Shown: positions 7,667 to 17,731, counted from the stretch's first letter. The stretch: 64,000 nucleotides of DNA from Candidatus Vogelbacteria bacterium RIFOXYD1_FULL_51_18 (GCA_001823095.1 MHTL01000012.1:1035-65034); one strand, 5' to 3'. Notes: a model not told the origin generated them from the letters alone. Translations and numbers: made by a program.

Positions 7667-10579
7667 TCAAGATTTTTTTATCACCTTTGCCAATCTGCAG
7701 TACTCGCAGTCGGGGTCGGAGCAGGTTTGGTCCCAGAACGAGAGCGAGGCGATGGCGCGGAGCACTTCCTGCATCGTGCGCGTGAGCAAACTCACATCCT
7801 CGGGCGTAACGCTAAAGCGCTCCGTGCGGTAGCGACCCTTCTCATCCGGCTCTACAAAAGCAATCTCCCCTTCCCGCATTTTAAATGTCCCCTGCTCATC
7901 CAAGAGAAGCTTGTAAAACACCAGCTGGCGCCAGTAATTGCCGTCAGCGCGCTTTGTTTTACCTACTATTTCATTCCGTGATTTGTGCGCGCCGGTTTTG
8001 TAGTCGCTTACAAGTACGCCGTCACTTACAAACGTTATGCGGTCAAGTATGCCGTTTAAGCGCACAACATGACTCTCGCCTTCAAGCGGGAAGGGTACTC
8101 CGTGTATCGCGTACTCGATGCGGATATCCTTGGGCAGTCCCGCCCGATGCTGTGCAATGTAACCGGAGAGAGAACGCTTGCCCTTCCCCAAGGCCTCCTC
8201 TCGCTCCAGCGGTGAGAGCGGCGCCCGCGCAATGTTTTCTTCAAAAATGCGGATAATGCGCGCGGCGCTCACTCGCTCCCCTCTTGAGCCGCGATCATAG
8301 AGCTCCTTGAGCGCTGCGTGCATCGCAGAGCCGTAGATGAGATGTTTGCTCTTTGCCTCGGGGATGCGCAAGAGATTAACAAAGAAGTATTTCCATGGGC
8401 ATGCGAGATAGTTATTGAGGTGCGTGACCGAGAAGCCGCGCTCAAAAAAGAGCGCCTTCAAGTACTCGGCGTCCGGGACAGGGCGCGGCGCCGCGATCTG
8501 GTACGAGACAGAGGTAAGCGCCTGTGGAACTTTCTTCTCTGGTATGCTGGCAAGTTTGACAAGGCGTGAGTCAATTTCAGAAATAAACTGCGAGGGGAGC
8601 AGGGTTCCCCCGTTATCGTCAGAGACACTGTAGCTCACCGTTACTCGGCGCCGAGAGCGCGTGAGCGCGACATAGAAGAGCCGTCGCTCGTCATCCACTC
8701 CGATCTCCTCGCGTAAGGCACTGCCGCGCATGGGCAGGTCAAAGCGCTCACGTACCCGGCGCCCTCCAAAATGCCCATGGAAGGCCCGCACAATAAACAC
8801 GTAGTCAAACTCAAGCCCTTTGGAGCCGTGTGCGGTCATGAGTCGTACTCCCCCTCTTCCCTCTGCACGCTCCGGGATAGAGAGTCCGTGCGTCTCTAAA
8901 GCACTCAAGTAATCAAGAAAATCCGCAAGTTTGTGATCGGGATGCCGCGCGCTATAGCGCTTGACTTCAGCGAAAAAATCTCCAAGTTTTTGAATGGTTC
9001 CCGTAGGATCATCTCCGGCAATTACCTCCTCGCGGTAGCCGCTCTCGTTTACCAGAAAGTCTATTGACGCAGGCAGCATTCTCGTGAGTGACACGGCATT
9101 GAGATGCGAGAGCCTCCGCGAGAAGGCGCACGCCGGGGGCTCGGTGGCGCGCGCAAGCACGAGGTATAGCGACATATGTGTCTCTGCGGCGCGCGCGAGG
9201 AGCATGTAGCGCAGATGCGCAGGTATTCCGGTAAGCGGGAGGCATAGGAGCTCGGCAAGCTTTCTGTCATCGTCCATATGGACGGCTCCGCGCATGAGGA
9301 TGAGAAGCTCGGCAAGCGCAGGAGTTTTCAGTACATCAGTCTCCGAGCCAATAACGCTGGGAATCCCCCGTGCGGCAAGCGCTGCGGCAAAGGGCGGCAT
9401 ATCGCTGTTCTCACGGTAGAGCATCGCAATATCTCCCGGGTTCGTGCCTTTTCCAATAAGTTTTTCTACCTCTGAAGCAACATAGTCCGGTTCATCGCCG
9501 CTTCTCGGGACCGGTGCAAGGATGACCGACTCCTTCTGCCTGCGCTGCTTCTGCGCCTTGAGGCGCACATGGCTCAAGCGCTCCTTGGCGGAGAGGGCAA
9601 GCGAGTGCGCGGCGTCAAGAATGTTTTGTGTGGAGCGATAGTTCTCTGAAAGTTCAATGATTTTTGCGTTGGGGAAACGCGCGGTGAAGTAGAGAAAGTT
9701 GTGAAGCGAAGCTCCCTGGAACTGGTAGATTGCCTGCTTCTCATCGCCGACGATAAAGAGGTTGGGTTCATCGTGGAAGCTCCCGAGAAGCTCCAGTATT
9801 GTATTCTGCGCCTGGTTCGCATCTTGGTGCTCGTCCGCCAAGATGTACTGGTACTCCTCCTCCAAAGTGAGGAGGAGCTCGCGTTCAGCCACGAGCACGC
9901 GCACCAGCTCCATAATCATGTCTCCATAATCATAGAGTCGCTCGCGCTTAAGCGCCTCTTCATAGGCGCGGTAGACCAGCGCGAGCTCTCGGTTGCGCTC
10001 ATATTTTTTCGGATTCGCCGCGCGGTCTACTGTGCGCAGGAGTGCGGCAAAGGCGGAGGGAGACATATTCTCGCGCTTGAGCGTCTCTATCGCCTTGACG
10101 ACGGAGCTTACGTAGTACAAGGGATTGCCAAATGGTTTGATGGCCTTCAGGCGCCGCGCGAGCACCGCGCGCTCCACCAGGCGCAGTGAATCAATGCGGT
10201 CCGCCGTGTGCGAGCCAATAATGCGCGGAAAGTATTCGGGGAAGCGCTGGATAACAGCGTTGGCAAATCCGTGGAAGGTGTAAATGTTTACGCGGTAGGC
10301 GGCGCTCCCGATGATCTCTGCAAGCCGCGCGCGCATTGCCGCAACTCCTGAGTTGGTAAAGGTAAGCGCGAGTATTCCTTCCGGCCCCACGTCAGTGCGT
10401 TTTAAAATATTGGCAATTCGCAGAGTAAGCACCTGCGTTTTGCCTGTTCCCGGGCCGGCAATGACGATGACTGGCCCCTCAATAGCGTCCACCGCTTCGC
10501 GCTGGCGCGGATTGAGCGCCCGATAGAGAGTCTCAAATGTGCTTTTCTCTGAACGCATAGCGGTGTAGAATGGCTCCAT
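7667..10579 (-). CDS. UvrD/PcrA-family helicase fused to C-terminal PD-(D/E)xK (RecB/Cas4-like) nuclease domain with Cys cluster
   Basis: N-terminus reads LNPRQREAVDAIEGPVIVIAGPGTGKTQVL (UvrD Walker A). C-terminus reads ...DYKTG...CSDPDCEYC, the Cas4/AddB-type nuclease with Cys ligands. Start taken at MEPFY (10579), divergent from yqeY. Confidence 0.8.
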   Translation of the reverse strand: MEPFYTAMRSEKSTFETLYRALNPRQREAVDAIEGPVIVIAGPGTGKTQVLTLRIANILKRTDVGPEGILALTFTNSGVAAMRARLAEIIGSAAYRVNIYTFHGFANAVIQRFPEYFPRIIGSHTADRIDSLRLVERAVLARRLKAIKPFGNPLYYVSSVVKAIETLKRENMSPSAFAALLRTVDRAANPKKYERNRELALVYRAYEEALKRERLYDYGDMIMELVRVLVAERELLLTLEEEYQYILADEHQDANQAQNTILELLGSFHDEPNLFIVGDEKQAIYQFQGASLHNFLYFTARFPNAKIIELSENYRSTQNILDAAHSLALSAKERLSHVRLKAQKQRRQKESVILAPVPRSGDEPDYVASEVEKLIGKGTNPGDIAMLYRENSDMPPFAAALAARGIPSVIGSETDVLKTPALAELLILMRGAVHMDDDRKLAELLCLPLTGIPAHLRYMLLARAAETHMSLYLVLARATEPPACAFSRRLSHLNAVSLTRMLPASIDFLVNESGYREEVIAGDDPTGTIQKLGDFFAEVKRYSARHPDHKLADFLDYLSALETHGLSIPERAEGRGGVRLMTAHGSKGLEFDYVFIVRAFHGHFGGRRVRERFDLPMRGSALREEIGVDDERRLFYVALTRSRRRVTVSYSVSDDNGGTLLPSQFISEIDSRLVKLASIPEKKVPQALTSVSYQIAAPRPVPDAEYLKALFFERGFSVTHLNNYLACPWKYFFVNLLRIPEAKSKHLIYGSAMHAALKELYDRGSRGERVSAARIIRIFEENIARAPLSPLEREEALGKGKRSLSGYIAQHRAGLPKDIRIEYAIHGVPFPLEGESHVVRLNGILDRITFVSDGVLVSDYKTGAHKSRNEIVGKTKRADGNYWRQLVFYKLLLDEQGTFKMREGEIAFVEPDEKGRYRTERFSVTPEDVSLLTRTMQEVLRAIASLSFWDQTCSDPDCEYCRLAKVIKKS

Positions 10580-11030
10580 GATACAGGAACGCATTAAAAA
10601 TGAAACGAAGTCGGCTCTGCGGGAGAAGAACCAACCGAAGTTGAATGCCCTGCGCTCGCTCCTCGCGGCTTTTATCAATGAGCTCGTCGCCGAGAAAAAA
10701 ACGCCGGACTCCCCCGTCTCCGACGAACTAGCGCTGCGTGTTATTAAGCGCGCGATCAAAACTCGCAAGGATTCAATCGCGCAGTTTGTAGCCGGTGGAC
10801 GGCAGGACCTTGTGGAGAGTGAGGAGGCGGAGCTTGCCTATATAGAGAGCTTTGCGCCGGCCGGCGTTCCAGCGGAAGAGATAAAAAAAGCAGTCGAGGC
10901 AAAAAAGACGGAGCTTGGTATTAGCGACAAAGGCAAGGCGGGTATCCTTGTCGGTGCAGTCATGAAGGAACTCCGCGGCCGCGCAGATGGCAATGACGTG
11001 AAGCGTATCGTTGACTCGCTTTTTAACTGA
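10578..11030 (+). CDS. yqeY: GatB/YqeY domain protein
   Basis: 150 aa with full-length similarity to the YqeY family (LRSLLAAFINE...GKAGILVGAVMKEL). Confidence 0.8.
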   Translation: MIQERIKNETKSALREKNQPKLNALRSLLAAFINELVAEKKTPDSPVSDELALRVIKRAIKTRKDSIAQFVAGGRQDLVESEEAELAYIESFAPAGVPAEEIKKAVEAKKTELGISDKGKAGILVGAVMKELRGRADGNDVKRIVDSLFN

Positions 11031-11050
11031 CTGGAGTCAGACTTCAGTCA
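11028..11050. repeat. 23-bp perfect palindrome (REP/RPE-like family), copy 1; supplies the yqeY stop codon
   Basis: Sequence is TGACTGGAGTCAGACTTCAGTCA. The same element occurs 7 more times in the window. Confidence 0.7.
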
Positions 11051-11051
11051 A

Positions 11052-11088
11052 CAAAAAATCCGTCTGCGACGGCGGACGGATTTTTTGT
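11052..11088. terminator. Bidirectional rho-independent terminator
   Basis: AAAAAATCCGTCTGCGACGGCGGACGGATTTTTTG, a 7-bp GC-rich stem flanked by an A-run and a T-run, between convergent genes. Confidence 0.55.
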
Positions 11089-11101
11089 TTGTTGGAGTCC
11101 T

Positions 11102-12238
11102 CTACCGTATCAGCGGTGTCTGATTGGATGGCGTATCGTCGTCAGACTCGCTATCCATGTAGTGGAAGATGAGCCGGATGGCAATCGCAATCGCAAGGAT
11201 AATCAGGAGCAGGATAATGAGGCCGAAGCAGGGACTCCCCGTGCCGAGGTCAAAGATGTCTCCCAGCGCGGCAAGCACGTTCGGCTTGGTGACAGTAAGA
11301 TTATCAAGTGAGGATGCGGTCGTTGAGGCGGCCAGGAGCCGCTGATACTCATCAACAGTGATGCAGATTTTTTCAGGAGCTTTCGGTTGAGGAGCCGCGG
11401 CTTTGGGCTTGGCAACGGAGGCAATCTGCTTGGGGGCTGTTCTCACCACCGGACGAGGAGCAATTCCCGCACTTGCGCCGGTAACAATAATCTTCAGAGT
11501 TCCCTTTGCTTCAGGTTCATTGGAGCGTGCGTTAGGGATGCGGGCAACAACGGGAATTTCATAGGTCCCCGGGCGCGCATTCGCAAGAGTAATGAGCGGG
11601 ACATTCATGACTCCCACATCTCCGTTCGGCCGATTGCCAATACGCCAGAGGCGCGGGTAAGTGATGGCACTGCCGGTTTGGCTCACAAAGTCATCGCCTG
11701 CGATAATCCACGCCGTTGAAGTTGAGATGACTGCATTCTTGCCCTCGTAGATGAACTGGCTGGGGAGCGTCATGGTGAGATCAACGTCATTTGCTGTGGC
11801 AGTGCCAATATTGCGCACCACAAGCGAGGCATTGACCTTCGCGCCAGCACGTACCTGCGGTACTGCACCGTTTTGCGCGACAGAGAGTTTGGCGTACATC
11901 GGCGTACCGCCACCTCCTCCGCCACCTCCTCCGCCACCACCATTGTCACCGTTGCCCTCATCTTTGAGTTTACAGCCACTAATACAGTTGGGGCCACCAT
12001 CACATCGCTCATCGGGTTGATTCACAACTCCATCGCCACAGAAAGGGCCAGATTTACAGCCGTCAGTGCATCCTTCACCACCATCGCAGTCTTCATTTGG
12101 CTGATTTACCACACCATCGCCACAAAAGCCCTCTCCGGCCCAAGCAAAGCGGGGAGCAGAATTTGCCCCAACGAGTGCGACACTCACAGCAATGAGCGCC
12201 AAGGCAATGAGCGAACTTACGAATATCTGTTTATACAT
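11102..12238 (-). CDS. Secreted / C-terminally anchored protein with Cys-rich repeats and a poly-Gly linker
   Basis: Has a signal peptide. Two CGDGVVNQP(N/D)E(D/R)CDGG...C repeats are followed by GNGDNGGGGGGGGGGGG, a beta-rich domain, and a C-terminal TM helix (CFGLIILLLIILAIAIAI). Confidence 0.45.
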   Translation of the reverse strand: MYKQIFVSSLIALALIAVSVALVGANSAPRFAWAGEGFCGDGVVNQPNEDCDGGEGCTDGCKSGPFCGDGVVNQPDERCDGGPNCISGCKLKDEGNGDNGGGGGGGGGGGGTPMYAKLSVAQNGAVPQVRAGAKVNASLVVRNIGTATANDVDLTMTLPSQFIYEGKNAVISTSTAWIIAGDDFVSQTGSAITYPRLWRIGNRPNGDVGVMNVPLITLANARPGTYEIPVVARIPNARSNEPEAKGTLKIIVTGASAGIAPRPVVRTAPKQIASVAKPKAAAPQPKAPEKICITVDEYQRLLAASTTASSLDNLTVTKPNVLAALGDIFDLGTGSPCFGLIILLLIILAIAIAIRLIFHYMDSESDDDTPSNQTPLIR

Positions 12239-12369
12239 ACTAATTTGCTTACTATATTAAACTACCCCCGTAGACCTTCCGACCCTACTAATAAATAACT
12301 AAAACGTCAAGCCCTATCAGGGTTTTTTAACTATAGCATGTTTGTATAATAAAGTCAATCACAGGACGC

Positions 12370-12398
12370 TTGCCAAAGCAATATGCTTATGATATAAT
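12370..12398 (+). promoter_or_regulatory. Candidate sigma70 promoter for the 12489 surface-protein gene
   Basis: TTGCCA, a 17-nt spacer, then TATAAT. An AGGAGGA RBS precedes the ATG at 12489. Confidence 0.4.
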
Positions 12399-12488
12399 AC
12401 AATAACGCTGCAAAAGCGGCGGAAGGTGGTTCTTTGACACAAAGTTGCTCGGCGACTTACGATAAAAGAGTATAGAGGAGGAGAAAAA

Positions 12489-15110
12489 ATGAGAAAGGTA
12501 GTAGTAGTCTTGTTGTCGCTTGCAGCGCATGCTGCAAGCGCACTTCCCAACTTGCAGGTAATAGAGGCGAAGCACTTTGCCTCTGGATGCCTCAATGTGG
12601 AACAAGCGTATCACGGGAGTGGTACGGTCAAAAACGGCGGCGATGTTGCCGCCCAGAACTTCAAGGTTCTCATCATCATGTATGGTGAGGACAGCTTCTT
12701 CAAAAGGGAAAGGGTCACTGACGATGACCTCCTCGCGATGTATTACGAGAAGAGTGACGACCCGCGAATCAGGGACAGTATGTTTCTGAAAGAAGTCGCC
12801 TCTCTTGTTCCTGGAGAGACCAGAACATTTGAGGTTGACCGCACCTTGCCTGCTGATGCTCCATGCCAAAGGTATGGGCTCCGTGTTATTGCAGACGTGG
12901 ATAATGCGGTAGCTGAGAGCTCGGAAGAGGATAATGCTAAGAATGGCATCCCCTACTTCCCTTGCAAGTGTCCGGAGGCTGCTCCGTCATCAACACCGAC
13001 GGCAGCGCTGACGCCAACGATCACTTCAACCCCGACAGTAACAGGGACGGCGATTGCTTCTCCAACACACTCTCCCACGATTACGGAGACCGCGACGGTG
13101 ACCAACACCGGCGCACCGACGGCAACAGCAACGCTCTCTCCCACAGCAACAGCATCGGCAACCGTGACCAACACGGGAGCTCCGACAGCTACACAGACAG
13201 GGACGGCGACTCTGTCACCTACCGCAACGTCTACGTCAACAGTGACTGCAAGCGCAACAGTGACCAACACTGGAGTACCCACAGCCACGCAGACGGGAAC
13301 TGCTACAGCATCAGCGACAAACACTGCTTCTCCTACCGCCAGTCCTAGTGCGACGGTGACCAACACCGGCGCGCCGACGGTAACAGTTACGCCGATGGGC
13401 AAACCGAACGTCACTGTCTGGTTTGAGTTACTGGATGGCGACTTGTCGCCACTTCCAGAAGGCTCGTGCCTTGAGGACCTACACATCCATGCGCTTCTGG
13501 TCCATGTTTCTAACATTGGATCAGTCGCCGTAGAAGATGTGGCTCTTAAGATTACGAGCGTTCAGGAGAAGGATGTCCAGGTTTTTGCTAATTTGTTTGG
13601 CAAAGATCACGAAACTGTCTTAGAGGGTCCGCTCGCTCCAAATCAAGAGAAGGTGTGGACGATCAGAAATGATCCGTTCCACCCGATCTGTGCGATGAGA
13701 TACGGAGCAACAGTCATTGTTGACCCGGACGATCTAATTGACGAGGAGAACGAGAATGACAATCAGGCAGGGCGCTTTCTTTTAGAAGGTTGCTGCCCGG
13801 TTGAGACGCCCACCCCCACTGTCTCTCCCACCATCACTGCCACGGCAAGCCCCACTCATACAGAAACGGATGAGCCAACGGTTACCATGTCGCCGACAGC
13901 GACTTGGACGAGCACACCGACTCCTACCAAAACCGGCGCTCTTGAGCCCACGGCAACGTGGACGACTGTGTCGCCAACGGCAACGGTAACTCCAACGGAG
14001 ACGCGAGGGTTCTGCGACCGAGGATTCTACTTGCTAGACATCTTCGGACAACTGCATCGTGCGGGTAGTCCTCCTGTCATCACAGGGAGCATCACGCTCC
14101 CCGGCGGCAACGCTATGGGTGCGGAGAAAGTCCGCACGGACGAGGACATTGCCGTCTTGGACGGCATGGGAGTAGTCACCTTTGTCTCGCATCCGGAGAA
14201 CACTCCGATGCAAGACTTTCTCTTCCAGCCAAGTCCTGCCTTCCCCCTCGGACGCGCGGTTGACCTTGCAGTCACACCGAGCGGCGAGGGCTTCTGGGTG
14301 TTGACGGACTTCGGCGGCATCTACCGCGCAGGCACGGCTAAGGTAACAGGGCAAGGTGCTCTGGTACCGCATACCGACGAGCTCCCTCTTGGCTACGACA
14401 TCATGTTCGGGCCTATGAGGAGGCCCGGCTTCCCCAATCCGGGAGGAGCCTCTCTGCGAGCAGTTTCGCTCGGAGTGATTAACCCTGACGGGGATGATCA
14501 AGCCAATGGCTACATCATCCTTGATAGCCAAGGAGGGCGCTTCCTCCTCAATGGAGATGGGAGCACTGTTGCTCCGGGGACCTATGCAAATCGTCCTCCT
14601 GACGATCCGCTGAAGTTACTGGACTCACCCACGCGTCTGGAACCGCCGGACGCGTACATCTGGCCCTTCTTCGCAGGCATGGATATTGCTCGCGATCTGG
14701 AGCTACACCCGTCTCAAAAAGGCCTCGTGGTCTTTGACGGATGGGGTGGCATTCATCCGGTGCCAGTTGATAGGGTCAGCAATCCTGTGTTCTACACACG
14801 AAATGACGACCCGAACGACCCTGGCAACTTAATTACGACTGTGGGTATGCCTTACATTGTGGAAGGGTTTGACAATCCGGAAACTCCACAAGATGAAGGG
14901 AACGAGAACATCTACGGGGTTGATGCCGAGTCAATCTTCACGGGTTTTAACTTCTCACCGGGTTGCCAACAAGGGTTCTACACCCTTGACGAGTTCGGGG
15001 GTGTGGCCGTCTTCGGAGGAGTGCGGAGAACATCAGATAACATCGGTTCGCCATTCTCCTCACCCTACTTCTTCCCGTTTATGCACGGGAAGAAGCTCGT
15101 CATCTACTGA
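12489..15110 (+). CDS. Large secreted protein with Thr/Pro/Ala-rich tandem linker repeats and CARDB/Ig-like beta domains
   Basis: 873 aa with a signal peptide (MRKVVVVLLSLAAHAASA). It carries repeated ATVTNTGAPTATxTGTATLSPTA units and a second TPT-rich linker near aa 440-500. Confidence 0.5.
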   Translation: MRKVVVVLLSLAAHAASALPNLQVIEAKHFASGCLNVEQAYHGSGTVKNGGDVAAQNFKVLIIMYGEDSFFKRERVTDDDLLAMYYEKSDDPRIRDSMFLKEVASLVPGETRTFEVDRTLPADAPCQRYGLRVIADVDNAVAESSEEDNAKNGIPYFPCKCPEAAPSSTPTAALTPTITSTPTVTGTAIASPTHSPTITETATVTNTGAPTATATLSPTATASATVTNTGAPTATQTGTATLSPTATSTSTVTASATVTNTGVPTATQTGTATASATNTASPTASPSATVTNTGAPTVTVTPMGKPNVTVWFELLDGDLSPLPEGSCLEDLHIHALLVHVSNIGSVAVEDVALKITSVQEKDVQVFANLFGKDHETVLEGPLAPNQEKVWTIRNDPFHPICAMRYGATVIVDPDDLIDEENENDNQAGRFLLEGCCPVETPTPTVSPTITATASPTHTETDEPTVTMSPTATWTSTPTPTKTGALEPTATWTTVSPTATVTPTETRGFCDRGFYLLDIFGQLHRAGSPPVITGSITLPGGNAMGAEKVRTDEDIAVLDGMGVVTFVSHPENTPMQDFLFQPSPAFPLGRAVDLAVTPSGEGFWVLTDFGGIYRAGTAKVTGQGALVPHTDELPLGYDIMFGPMRRPGFPNPGGASLRAVSLGVINPDGDDQANGYIILDSQGGRFLLNGDGSTVAPGTYANRPPDDPLKLLDSPTRLEPPDAYIWPFFAGMDIARDLELHPSQKGLVVFDGWGGIHPVPVDRVSNPVFYTRNDDPNDPGNLITTVGMPYIVEGFDNPETPQDEGNENIYGVDAESIFTGFNFSPGCQQGFYTLDEFGGVAVFGGVRRTSDNIGSPFSSPYFFPFMHGKKLVIY
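13096..13390 (+). repeat. In-frame tandem DNA repeats (~66-96 bp units, about 4 copies) encoding the ATVTNTGAPTAT linker
   Basis: The sequence GCGACGGTGACCAACAC(C/G)GG(C/A)GC(A/T)CCGAC(G/A)GC is visibly repeated. Confidence 0.5.
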
Positions 15111-15817
15111 TGACGAGACCGAGCAACATTACTGGTTCTTTCGCCCCCGATGCGCACCACGTGTCGGGGGTTTTTCTTTTTCAATACAATACTAATCGGA
15201 TCATCATCCCCCCTCCGCGCCGGGCTGTAGACACGTCCGTATGCCTTGAGCCGGTAGGCAGTATCCCACCACTCGCGCTTTGGGAAGAGCTTCATCAGGT
15301 CGCGCTCTATTTTATTTGGGTCGCTCTCTTGGGTGAGACCGAATTTGCGCGCGAGACGGCGCACGTGGGTATCCACGGCAATCCCTTCCACTACTCCGTG
15401 CACATGCCCGAGCACTACGTTGGCGGTCTTTCTGCCCACACCGGGAATAGTGAGAAGTTCGGAAATCGTTTTGGGGAGCTTGCCTTCAAAGCGCTCTCCA
15501 AGCGCCTTGGCTGCGCCAATGATACTCCTTGCCTTGTTGCGGTAAAAGCCGGTTGAATGGATGTCCTGTTCAAGCTCCTCCTGTTTAGCCGACGCGAATG
15601 CGTTTAGGCCTCTGTATTTCTTAAAAAGCTTCGCGGTAACTTTGTTCACCTGCGCATCGGTGCACTGCGCAGAGAGAATCACGGCAACCAAAAGCTGCCA
15701 GGGAGTCTTGTAGTGCAGAGGCGTCTGCAGTTTTCCCGGGAAAAGTTTTTTCAACTCCCGAGAAATGATACGGGCTCGCCACGTAAAACTCGCGGACTCA
15801 TCACGTGACAAGCGCAT
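15104..15817 (-). CDS. nth: Endonuclease III (HhH-GPD DNA glycosylase/AP lyase)
   Basis: Contains LLVAVILSAQCTDAQVNKVTAKLF and the HhH-GPD loop LPGVGRKTANVVLGHVHG. Confidence 0.8.
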   Translation of the reverse strand: MRLSRDESASFTWRARIISRELKKLFPGKLQTPLHYKTPWQLLVAVILSAQCTDAQVNKVTAKLFKKYRGLNAFASAKQEELEQDIHSTGFYRNKARSIIGAAKALGERFEGKLPKTISELLTIPGVGRKTANVVLGHVHGVVEGIAVDTHVRRLARKFGLTQESDPNKIERDLMKLFPKREWWDTAYRLKAYGRVYSPARRGDDDPISIVLKKKNPRHVVRIGGERTSNVARSRHQ

Positions 15818-16622
15818 AGGTATTTTTTTTCTTGCTAATCAAACCGTCTTTCATCAGTGCAGAGAGGTTTTTCTCAATACGATCTTGCAGGAATGGGAGA
15901 GAGTGTGCGAGTGCGCTACTGCTCTCTGGGCCAGAGGTGAGCCTCCGCAGGAGCGCACCGCGCACTTCCCGTTCGGAGCCCTTGAAAGGTTTTTGATGGA
16001 CATGGTGCGCGCTCCTCTGGGAGGGATTTGCGCCCTGCGTTTTTAAATATGCGCCGTAGTCCATAAGCGCCGCATACCAATTGCGCGCATCGCGGGGAGG
16101 CAGTGTTGCCTCAATGAGCGGCAAGAGCTCCGCATCGCCCACCTTCTCCCGCGTAGGGAAGAAGTGATGGAGGAAGACGCTCCTGATATTGGTCTCAATA
16201 AATACCTGCGGCTCGTTGCATGCAAAAGTGAGGACGGCGCGCGCGCTGTAGCGGCCGATGCCGGGAAGTTTCCCCAGCGCCGCCGGGTCATGTGGGACTT
16301 TCCCCTTATATTCACGAACGATTATTTTTGCCGCTTTGTGGAGATAGAGGGCGCGGCGATTGTAACCGAGACCCTGCCACATACGCAGAACATCGGCAAA
16401 CGGCGCGGACGCCAATGTGGAAACGTGAGGGAAACGCTTGATAAACTCACGGTACTTCCCCACCACGCGCGAGACCTGCGTCTGTTGGAGCATCACTTCG
16501 GAAACAAGGATATGGTAGGGATCGCGCGTCCTGCGCCACGGGAAGCTCCGCTTATGAGCGCGGTAGTAGCGCCAGACAGTACATACAAATTTTTTCTTCC
16601 TTTCTTTTTCCTTTGCCTTCAT
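15801..16622 (-). CDS. HhH-GPD family DNA glycosylase (MutY/Nth-like), no Fe-S Cys cluster
   Basis: Contains VMLQQTQVSRVV...LPGIGRYSARAVLTFACN. No C-terminal Cys4 motif or NUDIX domain is present. Confidence 0.6.
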   Translation of the reverse strand: MKAKEKERKKKFVCTVWRYYRAHKRSFPWRRTRDPYHILVSEVMLQQTQVSRVVGKYREFIKRFPHVSTLASAPFADVLRMWQGLGYNRRALYLHKAAKIIVREYKGKVPHDPAALGKLPGIGRYSARAVLTFACNEPQVFIETNIRSVFLHHFFPTREKVGDAELLPLIEATLPPRDARNWYAALMDYGAYLKTQGANPSQRSAHHVHQKPFKGSEREVRGALLRRLTSGPESSSALAHSLPFLQDRIEKNLSALMKDGLISKKKNTYALVT

Positions 16623-16881
16623 GGCGCTATGATACAGGTTCGTCCCTGCAAGAGAAAGGCCCCGTCTTATGGATTGGATAAGAGCGGGGCCGGCAGATGT
16701 GTCGGGTAATTAGTCGTCCGTTACCGTGGGCTTAACACATGAGGAGGCTAAGGTAGGACCCGATGGCATCTGCGAGTTGAGTGTGCTCCGTTTACAGTAT
16801 ACTCCTCCCTTCTCCTTCCGCAAGGAGTCTCTTTAAAAAAATGGAAATATCTCAAAATCAGTGCTAGAGTATGAACGCAAT

Positions 16882-16952
16882 TGCCGGGTCGTCTAATGGT
16901 AGGACACATGCCTCTGGAGCATGGTATTGGGGTTCGAGTCCCTGCCCGGCAG
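16882..16952 (+). tRNA. tRNA-Gln (anticodon CTG)
   Basis: Cloverleaf: acceptor TGCCGGG/CCCGGCA (U1-A72, G73), 3-bp D stem, anticodon stem CATGC/GCATG with loop CTCTGGA, T-loop TTCGAGT. Confidence 0.7.
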
Positions 16953-17110
16953 TTTGGAACAGAGTGGAAAACTGACGGGCAGGGACTCGAAAAGCTTTTG
17001 AGAATTTTTATGAGCCTTGCGAAAATAAAAAGTCAAAAAGGTATACTGTTCATGTCAATATTTATTCTCTAATTCGCGCGAATAAGAGAATAAGAAAGTT
17101 AACAATAGGT

Positions 17111-17731
17111 ATGTTCCGCGATAGGAGAGATGCGGGGAGAAAGCTGGCGGAGAGACTCACCGAGTACCGCGGGGCTGACGCGGTGCTCCTCGCACTCCCC
17201 CGCGGCGGGGTAGTGCTCGGGGCAGAACTTGTCCGCTCCTTCAAACTCCCTCTGGATATCCTTTCCATACGCAAGGTAGGGCACCCCGATAATCCCGAGT
17301 ACGCCCTCTGCGCCGTGGATGCGCGCGGTATGCAATTGTGCAATGAGGATGAACTCAAGAGCGTTGGCCGCGCCTGGTTCACAGAGGCGCTTGAGCGAGA
17401 GCGCAGAGAAGCACAGCGGCGCGAGGAGCTCTACCGCGGAGGCAGAGCCGCCGTGGAGCTCACCGGCAAAACGGCCATCATTGTTGACGACGGCATCGCC
17501 ACCGGTCTCACGATGCGGCTTGCAGTGCGCTCTGCAAGAACGCAGGGCGCCGCGCGCGTGATAGCCGCTGTACCTGTTGCCTCGCGCGAAGCGTCAGAAG
17601 AGGTGCGGAGAGAGGCAGGTATGCTTATTGTGCTGGAGCCGCCGGAGCAGTTTTTAGGCGCTGTGGGTGCGCATTACAAGAATTTCGAACAGGTAGCCGA
17701 CAGCGAGGTTATTGCGCTACTACGACAGTGA
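17111..17731 (+). CDS. Phosphoribosyltransferase-domain protein (COG1926-like)
   Basis: PRPP-binding motif TAIIVDDGIATGLTM and an N-terminal RDAGRKLAERL region. Confidence 0.6.
   Translation: MFRDRRDAGRKLAERLTEYRGADAVLLALPRGGVVLGAELVRSFKLPLDILSIRKVGHPDNPEYALCAVDARGMQLCNEDELKSVGRAWFTEALERERREAQRREELYRGGRAAVELTGKTAIIVDDGIATGLTMRLAVRSARTQGAARVIAAVPVASREASEEVRREAGMLIVLEPPEQFLGAVGAHYKNFEQVADSEVIALLRQ

Noticed and set aside
11920-11960. GGCGGAGGAGGTGGCGGAGGAGGTGG run considered as a simple-sequence repeat element
   Set aside because: It is the coding sequence for the poly-Gly linker of the Cys-rich surface protein (minus strand), not an intergenic microsatellite.
16640-16880. GC-rich hairpin-bearing intergenic region upstream of tRNA-Gln considered as SRP/6S-like ncRNA
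   Set aside because: No recognisable conserved SRP (GGUGCUGUUUACC...) or 6S features. It is probably just a promoter or terminator spacer.
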